A stretch of DNA of 49,593 nucleotides, filler included, from Catajapyx aquilonaris (taxonomy: Eukaryota), in assembly GCA_000934665.2 (NCBI GenBank). It is 3 parts of 3 records of this genome, joined end to end, with 100 filler letters (N's around TTAATTAATTAA, not from the genome) between each part and the next. Parts side by side here need not be neighbours in the genome. Positions count along the whole stretch, not along the records: positions 33,134 to 49,593 come from JYFJ02007196.1; 2 more parts are not named here. One strand, written 5' to 3'. Position numbers and translations under genes: made by a program. Below, piece by piece: positions 35,696-49,593 of the stretch. The notes below the pieces were generated by a model. The model was not told where the DNA came from, searched no databases, and saw only the letters and a program-made list of their open reading frames with translations. Position 1 is the stretch's first letter; every line of letters begins with the position of its first letter.

Positions 35696-36809
35696 TACGC
35701 CTATTAGGAGACAGATTACTCAAGTATATGGCGCACTACATAATTAATCGAGTATATGTAATTGAATGGCTGCAAAATGAATTTCTGTATTTACTCTCTA
35801 ATTGCCAATAATTTATATCGAAGCAATTTTTTCCCCGCAATTTATTATCTACTGCGTATCTCCAGGACTGTTATCTCTGCTGCGCAGACCATCTCTCCTG
35901 GGACCTATAGCATGAATATTAGTTTAATTGAGACTTTGGGGCCAGCTCTCCCGGTTTCCTTCATCAAACAGAATGGAGCAGTGTGTTCGCCGAACTTTGC
36001 AAACTCAAGGTGGGATGGATGGGGAAAGAGGAGAAGTTTAATGAAAAACCCAGACTGCCTCGACCTAGTTCTAGACATGTTAAGATAGCTAATGACACAC
36101 CTAGTACTGACACCTGCAAAAAGTATGCGTCCAGGTACTAAATTTCAATTACTCGGGAAAACTTGTCACGAATGAGGTTATCCAGAGGCGATTCGGATCA
36201 ATGGGCCTCTTATACAGCTGGATCTGTTTGAGATGTAATGTGTATAATATACAGGAGCTTGCAAAATTTTCAAGACTCTGCGAGCTTTAATTGAATCAGG
36301 TTCTACTCCACCGGTGCATGAATAATAATCAAGGTCTACAAACTGCCTCCCCACTTACATAAGCTAAGCCGCATGTAATATTTACGCAATTATTTCACTC
36401 GAAACCTTAACAGATGGTATGAAATACCCCCAGACCAGTTTGTACATGACAGTTTGGAAATTGGAGAAAAAAATAATAATGCCGCGGCATCCATAATAAT
36501 TAACTAGGGGTAGTTTCATTGTTGATTTTGCGACGCCCGAATCTCTCTGTATCTATCCTAGTTAGAAAGCAGATGTTTATAATAAAAAATCTATAGGTGC
36601 AGCCTTCAATCTTTTGGGTCGAACACCAATGGAATGGATCAGTGGCTATGGATGGAAATATAAGACCGAAGAAGAAAAAATAACAACCGTATGATCCTTT
36701 CAGATTCCCCGAAGCAAAAGAGACCGGTCAGTATAAAAAGCGAAGATATTCACGTCATCTGAAAAGGAGCAGCCCGAGGGATATTTTCGAGCGGATCCGT
36801 CGATAAACA

Positions 36810-36979
36810 CAGGGTGGTGCACTGGCCAAATCCACAATTCGGATAAGAAATGTAAGAATTATTGTTCATCCCAACAATTGGTTCAAAAAGGAATCAATTG
36901 TTATAATTCGTATTGAACTGGTGATGATTTGTAAACAGTAGACTTTTCCTATTAAAACTACGGGCAGTGAACCACCCTG
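36810..36979. mobile_element. Tc1/mariner-type MITE, 170 bp
   Basis: TIRs CAGGGTGGTGCACTGGCC and, as reverse complement, CAGGGTGGTTCACTGCCC (16/18). Right flank TA, left flank CA. Confidence 0.65.
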
Positions 36980-38089
36980 TACACAACAGGGCGTCCTGGA
37001 AGGCATCCAAGCCTAAAACGCAGTTCTCTGTAAAGCCCCACAATAGTCGTAGCCCTTAGCCACACTAGGGGCTAATTCTTGACAAACATCAGAAGGTGGA
37101 CCTGTCAGAGAGCCCACAAGGAAGATATCCGGGCGTCTAAGCCTCTAGCCCTGAAAATACGTCTATCTTTTCCTGGTCGGCGGAGCGTATAATGAGATGG
37201 CAGTAAGAGGTCTTTCGGAGGCATCCAACCGGTGGGCGACTCACCTCGTTTCCCTTTACATCTTGTTACAAACTCCAACTCACCAAGTCTATTCAGACAA
37301 TATGTGCGCCTGCAGGATATGCTTTCCGTGAGACAAGCGTGCTGTTGCGTACCCCACAGGATGAAACGACGTGGGCAGGATACGTGGGAAATGCCTCGGG
37401 GTGGGGGGAAAAAACTCACCACCACCAGCGCCAGTAGCCAACACTTACCTGCAAAAGATAATTACACGCAATTAGAAACAATAAATGGATTATACTACTA
37501 AATACTAAACAAGACACGGTCTGGATTTAATCGATCACACAGGGTCTATTAGAAGTTTATAATAGATTTCCACTTGCTACAAAAGTTCGCTAATGGCTGA
37601 ATTAAAATTACAGAGAAGGTCCTAACTTGGAACTGCCAAAAATATTCCTAGCAGATGACAGTGGCCCCTACAGCACAATCGCACTCGATCGTAGATGTCA
37701 GCGACAGACTTCTTTCGAGTCTCTCCCCCTTCCCAAAATACACTTTGCCAAACATCCCATAACATTTTCGGGGAACGGAGACCAGAGATCTGTACATATG
37801 CCTAAAAACCCACGCTTGCATGCCGTCGGTTTCATTGTCGTCCGTCGAAACTGGAGCACTGCAAAATTTGCATGTGAATAAGGGTTGCATCTGATTCTGC
37901 CACCACTTTCGCCACCCCGATGGGGGGGATCTTTCCCTTGGGAGGGCTCATAAATGAACTTATGTAGTCTCTGAAGAGATAGGAGTGGGGCTCATGATTA
38001 AACATAAAGGCACATATTCCCTCCATGAGAAGGCTAATGTACAAACTGGAGGGAAATTATTGTATATTGCCGTTTACTGCACCGAGGGC

Positions 38090-38226
38090 CACCGACTGTC
38101 CATGAAGTACCTTACTTCGCTCATAGATAGCGCCTCCTCCCTCTCTGTACAGTGCTGCCACTCTCAGCTGTGCGAGAAGTAGTGGTACTATCAGCTCGGA
38201 CAAACAAACGGAAAGCGAGACACAGC
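38090..38226 (+). repeat. Dispersed short repeat family copy
   Basis: CCGACTGTC...AGTACCTTACTTCGCTCATAGAT.GCGC...CTGCCACTCTCAG...GGTACTATCAGCTCGGACAAACAAA.GGAAAG. Confidence 0.8.
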
Positions 38227-39218
38227 CGATTATATATTCACAGCGAAAGATTGTGTCTTATTTCCTGGCATATACAGCTCTGAGAAGCACAATTCTATAA
38301 CTATGTACTAAGAAAGTGGTTACAGTATTTGCAAAGGAAAGATAAGAGTGATAGCGACGAGGCCGGATGTTTATTAGCTCTTCATACCCTAGAGATATTT
38401 TCAAACAAATGCGAAGATATGCTGAGAATGACATGCACATTACACTTGTGAGATGGGAAAAGCCAGATTGTAGAACCTGTAAAGTCAACACCGAAGAGAT
38501 TACAAACAGTGCCGAACTCCAGTAAATATGAAGTGCCCGAAGTGTCGATAAGGCTATCTGTTACAATGTTATTGATGTATCGATAAGCAACAAGCTCCAG
38601 GCTAAGGCTGGAAATACGATTAAGCGTGTGAACTTTTAAGTGTTTTTTTTTAAAAAAAAAGGTATAACTTGAGTTGGGTGTATCAACAACCTATGATCTA
38701 GTTTACAACCGGATACAGTCGCATCCGGGGGCCCGGGACTAACTCAGTTTCCGTTGATTCGCTACAACTTCCGATTCCTGGCGACGCAGAAACCCCGCAT
38801 AAATTGAGTTTGGGTCCCCCTTCCACCCTCATCTACCTTCCATAGCTAAAAATAAAGTCAAAAACAAGTGCAGGGAAATGAACATGTAAAGGTGGAACAC
38901 GTAAAGGTGGAACACGTTCTTTTCGCCTTGTGTATGCCAAGTATAGGACATGATGATCATGCCCAGAGGCCTCGTACTCACTAATTGAGACGTGAGCTGC
39001 ACCAGGAATATTTCCTAGATTCAATTTAGTGTCTCCAACCCACCATACATGAGTGGTCAGGCAAAGGCCTTCTCATTATTTTCATATCTGCAGGCGAGCT
39101 TTCCTCGTCAACAACATGTCTCCCTTTTAGAATCTGCCCAGCTAATGAACTCAGAGTGTCCAGTGTTTTACAGGCGATATGACTATGTATTTTCCCGCAT
39201 TTCAGCAGTTATTACAAA

Positions 39219-39455
39219 CTAGCCAGTTCTTCGCACATGGTAAAGTTTCCATGGTAAAGTAAGCCAGGATTGCTGCAGACCGGGAAAAATCCTGATTTTT
39301 AGTCAATTACACTGTTAAAATTGCGGTTTTCGGACTATTCCATCAATCAGCAGCAAGTAAGTCATCAGTGTGCCAAGTTTCAGCACTCTAAGCCGTCCGG
39401 AAGTGGGTTAGGTAGCCTGGACCTACAGACAAACTTACTGCTTTTGTAAGATATG
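39219..39455 (-). mobile_element. Possible short non-autonomous Helitron remnant
   Basis: ACTAG at the left end, and TGTGCCAAGTTTCAGCACTCTAAGCCGTCCGGAAGTGGG...ACAGACAAAC...TTTTGTAAGATA at the right, resembling arthropod Helitron termini. Pattern recognition only. Confidence 0.3.
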
Positions 39456-40990
39456 TAATTGCAACAGTGCTTAGAAATCACCGTTCTAATGTGCAGGGGG
39501 GGAAATTCGCACCTAGTTAATATTCGGGGAGAGCTTATATTTGATTACTTTTTCATCCCATTATTGGCTGCACCGCAACTAAGAGCGGGGATGGGCACAA
39601 AAAAAAAATTAAATCCAATTGTCGCTGCGGCTCATTGTCTCCTGAATCGCATCGGGTGTTTTAATCAACTTATAGGTCGCACCAATCAAATTTTGAATCG
39701 CATGCTACCAATTATTAACATATCGTTGGGTCCCACTGGTCTCATCAATTATTTTTTTCCTACCGTGAAGTCTTACAAATCGTGCACTAAATCGGCCACC
39801 TTTCGAGGTCCAATCTGTTTAGCTTCCTAGATTATCCCGCAAGTTCCCCCGGAAGCCCACCGTAAGTTTTTTTTTTCTTTTAGAAAAATATGGAGAGAGT
39901 AGGAAGGATAATTCAATTTTCGTCCGGACCTGTAGAGCGTATCGATCAGGACCCATGAAACTGAATTAGAAAGTCATCGATATCAAGTACGGTATTTCTG
40001 TCCCGAAGCTTCTCTCTCTGCATGCGGCAAAAACAATGCTGTTCAGATTCAAGGGTGAGCCAACTGATAGCTCTCGGAGCAAATTCACGCGGACGTCACA
40101 AGTATGTGCAATGACGTAAATCCACAAACCAACAAAATTTTGTGAAGAAAAGGAAACGACATTGACATCAACACGAGCCAAACACTGTGCATATCCAACG
40201 CGTGTCATGTGAATGTCCGAGTAATTATAGCATCATGTATATTTTCCACATCATGCGACACGTGTGAACCTCACACAAGCCTAATTAACGCAGACACGTG
40301 TCACTTCCGGAACAGGTTCGATAGACACGTCTATAGTATTAAAACTCTTGCGATGAATGCTTGTGCTTTAAGGGCTTTAAGACTAAGTTAAAGAAAGAAA
40401 AAAGCATGAGGTCTCTGTGGTATTGGCTGAGACTATTTTGAGACTAGGCTCGTACATAATGCAGTGCGGTCAACTCTAGTTGGACAGCAAATCCATCGAC
40501 AGGATTCTCTCTCCGATACACAGCATCTGAGAGTTTCATACAATGAGGCCGTCTCGTCCGCGATTAGAAATGAGCCTTTCACTGCCAACATCTCAGGTGT
40601 GTATAGGTGTGTAACTATGCCTCTAAGTTTAAAATCATTAGTATCGACTTTGTTTCTTCAGACCACACAGCAGGTGACTTTGATATGTTGACAATTCCTT
40701 GGATAAACATGCCAAAGATGTATCTACCCACCTTCGTCCTAACCAAAGAGAATATAAAAAAGTATGATGAAAATCTGAATCGATTGTGTTACGCAGCAGG
40801 TGGGCTATCGATTGGCTGGTTCCGATATTGTTCCGGCGCCATTGGTAAAAAAAAACCGGTATATTTTAAGCAACGGTAATTATGCCATGCATGACTTGAG
40901 ACGCTTACGTGAACATTTTTTAAATGCGGACAATCAGTACCAGCCGGTTCCTAACCGTCAGTTTCATAGTAATTTTTGATAATTAATTAA

Positions 40991-41150
40991 CTAATGAACC
41001 CCTTGCCAAAACTTCGGGTGGCCGACTGTCAACTGAGTACCTTACTTCGCTCATAGATGGCCCATCCTCTCTCTCTGCACGCTACTGCCACGAGAGGTAC
41101 GAGAGGTAGCGGTACTATCAGCTCGGACAAACAAATGGAAAGAGACACAG
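40991..41150 (+). repeat. Dispersed short repeat family copy
   Basis: CTAATGAACCCCTTGCCAAA...CCGACTGTC...AGTACCTTACTTCGCTCATAGATGGC...GGTACTATCAGCTCGGACAAACAAATGGAAAG. Confidence 0.8.
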
Positions 41151-43107
41151 AGTCAATTACATGTACGATAGCAATGAGAAGCATATCATACTACTAATCC
41201 CCTTATTCTCTCCGTCTGCTTGTGTGTCCGTGTTGACTCAATGCCTACAGGTAGTAGTTACCATAGATTTCACTCTCCCCTTTCAACAATGAGAGGACAT
41301 ATAGGGGTCAGGGACCCATTTCAATGGAGACGGGACACGCCCTGGTTATAGCCAATCTGATGGGCTTTGTCCGCGCGGTGACTCATCACCAACGTACAGT
41401 ACATGCCCTATTATTTTCTTGGAAATAAGGAGAATCCAGCATTTATATTGAAGGGGGGAAAAAACTCGAGATATCGTTCCATTCAATTTTTCTTCGAGTG
41501 AAGTTACTTCTTCGATTCAAAGTTACTTTAAGGGAAAGGGTGGGCTTTTTGGATAATACAAGTTGATTCCTGGTCACATGACTCTCTCCGGTTTCCCTTT
41601 GTCCCGGAAGTAAGGGTCTCTTCTTGACCAAGTCGTGCTGCAAGAAGCTCTTTGTGCAGCTTCTCCGGGACATTATCCAGGAGTTAGGGCCCATCGTTAA
41701 TGGCTTCCTTTGGATGAAGCGAACTCTATACACAAGAGAACGAGAGAAAAGTAGTAGGTAATTCCTCTCTCTTTTTCTTTTATTTGGAGGACACAGTAAA
41801 AAAGAAAACAAGGGTCGCAGACTCTGCTCGGCCTGAGAAAAGAGCGAGTATAACATTTCTTTCCAGAGATTTCAGCAATCACATCATGCTCTCAGTGCTA
41901 ATTGAATAGCAGAGGCTCACAGGAAAGTGGTCTTTTGGTAATAATGAGCAATTATAACAGTTCAATTCTAACACGATAAGCAGTAAGAAGGCTTTTTTCA
42001 GCGTTATATTTCCAGAAATTTTCTTTGCCTACAGAAATATATTTTATTTTGCTGCATGCTTTTATGTTCCTTCATCGCCGATTACATTTCCTACAGGGAA
42101 CTATCGTACGATTATAATATTATATTTATAATTTTAAAAATAGTGCTTGGTATGAGCCCCACTAATCAGGCTTGTCCATTCATTTCCTGGGCCCTTTTCT
42201 GATGTTGCACGCGCGCTTGTTTCTGCTCGGGCACCCGGAAATTGTACACCCGGAGTCGATAATCACTCCCCGGAATTACTTGGATTTACCACACACACCG
42301 GCCTGTGAAGTCCACTGACCCCGATCCCGTGCACTCCGTTGGGGGAGGATTAAAAACCCCGTGGCAACAAACGGCCATTCAAAACGGGCGCAAATTGTGA
42401 TTGAAGGGTAGTGTGTCAGTACATTCATGATGTTGTGTAATAAGACCTGGCGACGTAATGGATGTCATTAGGTCTCAGAATAATCATTACCGAAACTTGG
42501 CAACACCGCCAGGACTGTGAACGTATAGCACCATTGTTCTCACATAGATGTCGCACACTACTGATGACTCACCGCGGACAAAGTCACAGACCCAAACAAA
42601 TGCACATTTTTCTTCGCACGGGAATTTAACAATTCCGTTGCTTTGGTACCTCAGGCGGGGACGGTATGGGACATACCGAAAAACTTTCCCTTTTATATAC
42701 ACTATAAGATGACAGAGTTGCTTATAAATACCAGCTGCTACGTCGCAGATGCAGCCTGCGACACTTCCATCGCCTCGGAAATTGTCGGATCCTTGGCGTA
42801 CTGTAAAGCGCATAAAGTTAAAGCACCTCTACTTGATGGGACGTCCTTCTCAGGCTGGATTGGTGACAATTCGAAAGGATCACTGATATCGCTGGGGCCA
42901 TGAAACGTGTAGGCTCTATCTCTAACGACACGAACAACTACTGTCGTTGACCCTCGAAGAGTCGATTTGGAGAGAAGGGGGGGAACGACGCGACGAGGCT
43001 CCATTTCCCAAGAGAACATTTCCCCAGACAATGCTGAATAGAGCCTCCAATTCCGGAGATATGTTACGAACTAATCGAAATAAGTGAAGCGGCAATTATC
43101 CACGTAG

Positions 43108-43190
43108 GACCTTACTTCGATCATAGATGGCGCTTACTCCCTCTCTGCACACTGCTGCCACTCTCAGCAGTGCGAGGGAAACTGGTACTG
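43108..43190 (+). repeat. Dispersed short repeat family, partial copy
   Basis: ACCTTACTTCGATCATAGATGGCGC...CTCCCTCTCTGCACACTGCTGCCACTCTCAGCAGTGCGAG. Confidence 0.75.
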
Positions 43191-45944
43191 ATTCACCTTT
43201 TGAAAAATACCCATGTTAATTCGGTTGTATCAGTCAGAACTCGTGTTTCTCCTTGAAGTTATATAGTGTCATCGGCAGGGGCATCGTAACAGGAGACTAA
43301 TTACCTCCAGTACACGCACATTTTTGGGGGGTAATTTGCGATCCAATTATGGAGCGCGTTGAAAGCCGCTATTCTTTCAAAGGCGGTAAAATCCCACCCC
43401 GTGCCAACTTTTGTTTGGCGGTAATTCAGCCCCCCAAAAAAGTCGAGCCTCGTTATATCAAGTGTCTATCAGCACCGAGTGTAGTGCATACAGAGTGTGC
43501 AAATTATCCTACTATTAATCAATGGAACGAAAATATTCACGGCATATTTGAAGCAATTTGACGCAATGTGAAGAGGATTTGTAACATTCCCTCTATACAG
43601 ATTCGTTAAAAAATAATGTTTGTTTGGACATGGCGGTGAATTTTCATTGAATTTATATCAGATGAACAATTCTTTGTCCTAATAAAAGAGAAGCAAATCT
43701 TATAAGGGGGTCAAATGCTCGACGAAACAAAGTTGGCCAACTAGACCATCTAAAATGGCAATAAAGCGAATGTAAACATAGCAATCCACTTAATTCAATA
43801 CATCAACGTGTAAAAGCAACAGCATGTATATCCACAATAAAAAAGTAGGTTGGGCGTGGAACCAGTGATGAATGGGCCTACCTGTGGGCCATCACTCTTT
43901 TTCAGAGGTCTCTGCTGAATGTTGGCTCCTAAATCGGATGCACTCAAATTTGCAACAAAAAAGTTTTGGCCACAAAAGCTACTGGAGTGTCCTCGCTTTA
44001 TTCCTCCAAAAAAAAATCCCGTGGCGGAGTGCTCTTAACTTGACAATACATCAGTGATTCCCTGTAGGTATGCGAGGCTGCCACTTAATTCTTCCGACCT
44101 TTCAAATTGATGGCCTGAGTCCAAAAAATTGCCTAAATACATTGCATTAGTACATACGAAGAACATATACATGGCACTATACAGAAGCGCTTGATGTTGA
44201 AGCGAATCATCCTTCCGAAAAAGCGCTTTCAAACTCCAATGTAAATTGTCACGTAGAATTCCTCTATATAGTATTAAAATCATATTCATGTTGTATGTTT
44301 GTGACCTTGGTCCGTCGTAGAGTGTTACCGCGACACTTCCGATTGGCACCCGTTCTGCACATGCGCAATGGGGGTGTGAGGCAGCGCCTCTGGTGGGCCG
44401 CTGTCGGCCGGATGGTCTACATTTCTCCCTTCCTCTCCCCGCACCCAGTGATCAAAGCGAGGGTTTTTCTAGTTTAAAAAATTGCTTGCTGGTTTAAATT
44501 CATATTTAAATTTTGCAATAAATAAAGCGTGCAAAAAGAGTCAGAATCCCCTCTTAAATTTCTTTATTGCACACCCTTCATATTAGAGCTGTCAACCACA
44601 AAGTTTGATCAGCCACCGTTATTGCACAGTGTACAAGCTTTATCTCGATTCGCGCAATGGAAATTTACATCTCCAAGCAATGAGCAATGAATCAGCGTAT
44701 TATCCAAATGGTCTTCCGCATATAATAAAACCCTCGACTGGTATTGCTCCACTCGCATAATTATGACAAACAATATTCGCACTAAAGCGGTCACTTCCCC
44801 CCCAGATGCGGATGAAAATTTGGCCTAAAAACCAATCCGCATATTGGAATGGACAACCCAGCGGGTTATGGGCGTTCGTAATAATAAAAAGTATAAAAAG
44901 AAGCAACGGATATGCGCCATTAAACGTTGCTATCTGCACTCGGCACTTTGATCTATGCGATGCGATTTTACCCCTCCCAGACAATAAAAGTCTGCGTCGC
45001 AACGGCTTCAGCCCTGTTCAGAAAATATTGACAGTCTGACAAAAATAAAAAAAAGAGAGAGAGAGTATATACTCGTAGTACTGCAAGAAGCCTGCATAGA
45101 TTATAAACCTGGGAGTCCTTTGATGTTCTGGTTCTGTAAACTCACTTGTCGCTCGAGCATATAAACGCCTCTTTTTTTCATTTCAAAATACTGCAGGAAG
45201 CTTATATTCAGCCTCTTTGATATTGCGAAAAGCAGTTGACTCTTTGACCACTTATCGCAGTCTATACAGATTGAGTATTTCACATTTGTTCGCAATAACT
45301 GCGTGGGTTTTATTTCCTGAGGTTTCTAATTCAGGTAATGAGATAAAATTGTGCAGAATTTCATACAAAGCTAACAGAGGGAATGTGTATGAATCGGATA
45401 CAACTTGCAGAAGGTTACAGGTGAATAAATGTCATCTGAAGAGCCCTGAGTCATTACCATGTCGTTATCATCTCATAAACGCAGAAGCTGCGTCTCACAG
45501 AAAATCTTGTTGGGCTTGAGAGAGAGACAGAGAGAGAGAGCAAATGATTTCGTCGAAAATATATAATTCTCCTCCTTTTTTGACTCAAAAATGGTTGCTC
45601 CGGGAGATGACATCCACAAAGTTGCCTGTGTCTGAAAGCCGAGAGCTTGAGAGAAAAGTAATTAGTGTCGTGCAGCGTTTATTCCCCTCCTTCCCCCTCA
45701 GGCCACAAATGCTTGCATCCTACTAGTACAGACTTGGCTTTTCAATTACGTAGTGGAATTGGGAAGAGAGAGAGAGAGGGTGGGAGAGGCGGGGCTAAAA
45801 CCGACGTAACTTCAAATCATCAGATCTGCTTCTGACTCAAAATTGCGCGCAGCTGAATTCATAGTCCTCAATCTATTCTCAGGTTAAGTGCCGTGTTGCC
45901 AGATCTGGCTAGAGAAGATTTGTGGGCGTTTTGAGAGCGAATCA

Positions 45945-46078
45945 TTGTTTGTCCGAGCTGGTAGTTCCCATACCACACGCACGATCCTGAGTGGCACCAG
46001 TGTGCAGAGAGGGAGGTTGCGCCATCTATGAAACGCTTAAAGACACATTTTATCTAGGTTTGGCAATGGGTTCACTAG
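45945..46078 (-). repeat. Dispersed short repeat family, inverted copy
   Basis: Reverse complement reads CTAGTGAACCCATTGCCAAA...CATAGATGGCGC...CTCCCTCTCTGCACACTGGTGCCACTCAG...CCAGCTCGGACAAACAA. Confidence 0.75.
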
Positions 46079-49000
46079 CTGACCACTAGGACGACACTGG
46101 TCCTGATAAGGCTCATGCAAATGTACAGTTCAGTACACAGCACGTGTTAAGCGTCGCGTAAACTTCCAGACCATAAACGAATTTTAGTCCATTGCAGAAT
46201 GCAGGCGACGCTCATTCGCGAAACAAATTATCGCAATCTGCCCGGCCTCCAAAATTCGTAATCTCTCTGTCTCTCTAGTAAGTTCGTCCATTACCAGGAG
46301 CTGCCGTGTCACAAGTTCGTCTCGTGTCGCTTTATCTCTCTCAGACTATAAACCACCAGCCCTCTGAGTATATATGGCGCAACACTTCACGTATCAACCC
46401 GATAGTTTGGGGGTAATGAAATTCGGCCGAGCCACATTCCTGAAGATTTTTTTTTTAAATGAGAAAATCACCTCGATGGACTAGCTTTTATGTTGGGCAA
46501 TTTCGGCGAAAATGTGTTAGTGAAAGACTGTTCAAGAGGAAAGTTTGAAAAATCAGTTCATGTTCGTGTAACAGATTTTCCAATATTAAAAATGTTTACT
46601 ACCGCATTTGTAATGATTTTCTGCAAATAACATCATTGAACAACCAATAATTTTTTCTTTGAAATTAGAAGAATCCAGAGTAGCCTCAAAATATAACCAG
46701 CAAGTAACCTTGTGTAAAACAGCTATTTTTGTAAACAGTGCTTCCTCTTTTTTTGGTCCACCTTTTGTACTTTTTTTAAAAAACAAGTAGCATTGGGCTG
46801 GAAATTGCCTGGCCACATATTGTCAGCCAATGGCCTTTTCTGACAGGGGCTAACACACTCTGCTGGACCAAAATCGCGAAAAACCTGGGACAGAGCATAA
46901 ATTATGTGCCACACACATTTTTTTTTCTTCGCAAGCAGTGCTGCAGCACACTAACTTACAAAGAGCTGACGACCTTTCAAAAGCGGTCCCATTTCCATGC
47001 ACATTCCGATATATTCAAACGTCGAAAAAAAAAAAAAGGAAATTCGACGATGAAATACAGACCAAATGCATTTCATTCCACTTGAAGTACTTCAAAAAGG
47101 GCTGGAGGATGAGGGAAAAAAAAGATGGGGCCTTTTATTGCTTTGGCAACCATGAATTCCTACCATACAGACCTACTTGCATCTTTTATGGTCCGTCTAA
47201 GCATTACAATATGGCCAGTACAGATATAAAACTCCGTATAGGATGTACCCATTGTATGTTGCAAGTTGCGAAAACGAAAAAAAAGGCAAGCAAGGAAATG
47301 TAAACATGACTCTAAAACCAAAGGCTGCAAATTTCTGCAAAAAGGCCAGGTCAGGTTAGGTTTTGGAATGTTGAGTGAGTGTAGATAAAAATAAATTATT
47401 GCAAAAAAAAAAATCCTGGACGTCAAGGACGTCTTAATTAATTTAGAAAAAAATTGTCCACAAATTCGGTTGGTTGTAATCTAAAAGGATTCATCAATTC
47501 AATAGCAGCAGCTAATATTTTACATTACACATCTGAATGTAGGTTCCAAACAGTATAATAAAAGTAATAAAACACCTGAAATGGAACAGTGTAATTAGGT
47601 AAGGGTAGGCGAATGTAGCGTAATTAGAGTGGGTGTTACCATGAGTGAGATTAAAAGGGAGCTACAGTCTGCAAAGCATATTTTTGCAAACAGCTATAGT
47701 TCAGTACGCATCACGCAGAGATGGGTGCATTACCGTCCATACATATTAATGGGTTATCCACTTGGCCAGGTCCTCTCCTATTTTGCAATTAAAAGATGCA
47801 AAAATTAGCAGGTTGTTACACATAAATGGCGCACTTCAATGGCAGCCTTTGTCACTTCCATTTATAATGGAATCAAAATGATAAAGCTGACTTGTATAGA
47901 ATTAAAGAAAAAACCAGAGAACAACGGGCTCCCCAAATGGCATATATCGGACTGGGAAATAAGGTCACCAGGTAAAATTGCATACGTGACGTGAGATGGA
48001 AGAGGACACGTCTGAATGAAAAAAAAGAGAGCGCCGTGAATGTCTCCGGATCCTGTTTGGGTTGGCGGGAAAATATATGAGTGGGAGGCAAAACATGTGA
48101 GTGCGTGCCGTGAGGACAACGGAATAAAATGCTCTCAGGTTCTATTCTAAAATAGGACCGCGGCCTTGGTTTCAGGACACATGACATGCAGGTCCAGTCT
48201 AACTAAATGAGTGAGAGAGAAAAAATTAGTTCAGGCCACCATTCATCCGAGAGACTCGTGAATGTGTAGTTGTAGTGTAGGATGAATGATATACAGTATA
48301 CATAAGCAGGTATACTTATAAGTATATAGATACATAAGTATAGATAGGCCTACAGTACATAAATGCAGTAAATAAAATACATAACACTATTAAAGTACTG
48401 TTTGATGGTGCCTTAATTTAAATATGCAAAATCCCTTAGTGGATAAAAAAAAAATCCTGCCACTAATAAGTGCACTTGCACTGAAACATACTGTATACAA
48501 TACACTAATTAGCAGTGTCTCATGCAAATGTGCAAATATTTTGCAAACTGAACTTTCTCCGAATTAATTTCCTTTTCTGCATGTGCCAGTTCCACTAATT
48601 CTCTTCCATTTTCAGGTAATAGCGTCACGTATAGAACTTTGCCAAATTGCTCCAAATTACTAAAACAAGACGTCCCTTTTGTTTTTTTGCTTACATTTCT
48701 ACCCGTCCTTTCTTACCTGTTCCCTTGCAAAATATTCAAGCTGCTGTACTCATGCATTATTCCCTGTTTTTTGTGCCCCAGAACTAGAGAGAGAGAAAGG
48801 GGGGGGGGGGNGGGGGGGGAAGAGGGGTCGTAAATCGCCAGCTTTTCTTCTCTCTGCAAAACCCGTGCTTTCCAAGGTCGAAACCGCAACCGAGCTGGCA
48901 TATACAATATGCATTACAGTTTGCAGTTGGCGGAATCAGCCAGGAAGCTGCATCATCTTTCGCTGAACTTTTGCATCATTACAAGGAAGAAGAAAAAAAT

Positions 49001-49593
49001 CGTGCTTCGGAAGCAAATTCGCGAATGTTCGCATATAAATAATCGACCTGTCAGTACTTGCCTGTTTTTTCAAAATAAATATAAGCAAGAAAGCTTATAA
49101 GATCTTCGCAGAAAATGAATCGCACGTGTCAACACATCCAGTTTAATCAACTCTCCTCTTCATCAAATAAGCAGCTCTCTGTCAACTTCCCTTTTTTTTC
49201 ATCCACTGAACTCTCCAAAAGCTGCGTCAGTCGCGCACGTCATGAACTCGTGAAATATTAGTTATGTCATCAGAGTCGCTGTTTAGCTGTGCTACTCAAA
49301 TATTTCGCACTCCAGGTTTATTCATGGGAGTACGAGCCATATGGGAGAGTGATCCAGTGTTTACCCACTTTTATACGATATAGGCTTCTGTGCCTCTGTT
49401 TGTCCAGGGTGAGTTTGGTAACGTCGCAAACGTCAGTCATATTGCCCCTACCCTCCAAGAGTAGCCTTGGAAATACTGTAAGTGTGCAGAGAGAGCTTAC
49501 CAACTATCATTGATAATGCCAACCGTGCATGCTGCGCGAACTGTGATGCGCACTCGTAACAAAATTCACATACAGTACCACTAACCATGACCC

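Noticed and set aside
37105..37425. LNRLG / ISHVS words as upstream dipeptidase exons (EMNRLG, DLSHVS)
   Set aside because: The motif order is reversed and the surrounding residues do not fit M19.
33134..49593. Numerous 60-130 aa ORFs in the right-hand contig
   Set aside because: No recognisable domains or coding bias, consistent with chance ORFs in intronic or intergenic DNA.

Overview
Eukaryotic DNA, not prokaryotic. It looks like an arthropod draft-genome scaffold: short 54-70 nt GT-AG introns, intronless divergent ionotropic receptors (IRs), many DNA-transposon remnants and two artificial N44-TTAATTAATTAA-N44 contig linkers. Genes supported by the sequence are three divergent IR genes on the minus strand (one complete, one near-identical tandem paralog cut by the window edge, one cut by a gap), a 7-exon hexokinase-fold gene whose catalytic and substrate-binding motifs are systematically substituted (probable pseudoenzyme), a 12-finger C2H2 zinc-finger gene, and the last four exons of a peptidase M19 membrane dipeptidase. 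The rest is repeat-rich: TIR elements/MITEs, two long foldback palindromes (one made of two 5' halves of a Tc1/mariner transposase gene), a decayed LINE RT, a hAT fragment, a ~110-bp composite satellite, a 16-bp minisatellite and a dispersed short repeat family. No CRISPR, rRNA or tRNA was seen. The most notable items are the intact but apparently catalytically dead hexokinase and a ~365-bp hairpin that may lie in the dipeptidase 3' UTR. All alignments and counts were done by eye.
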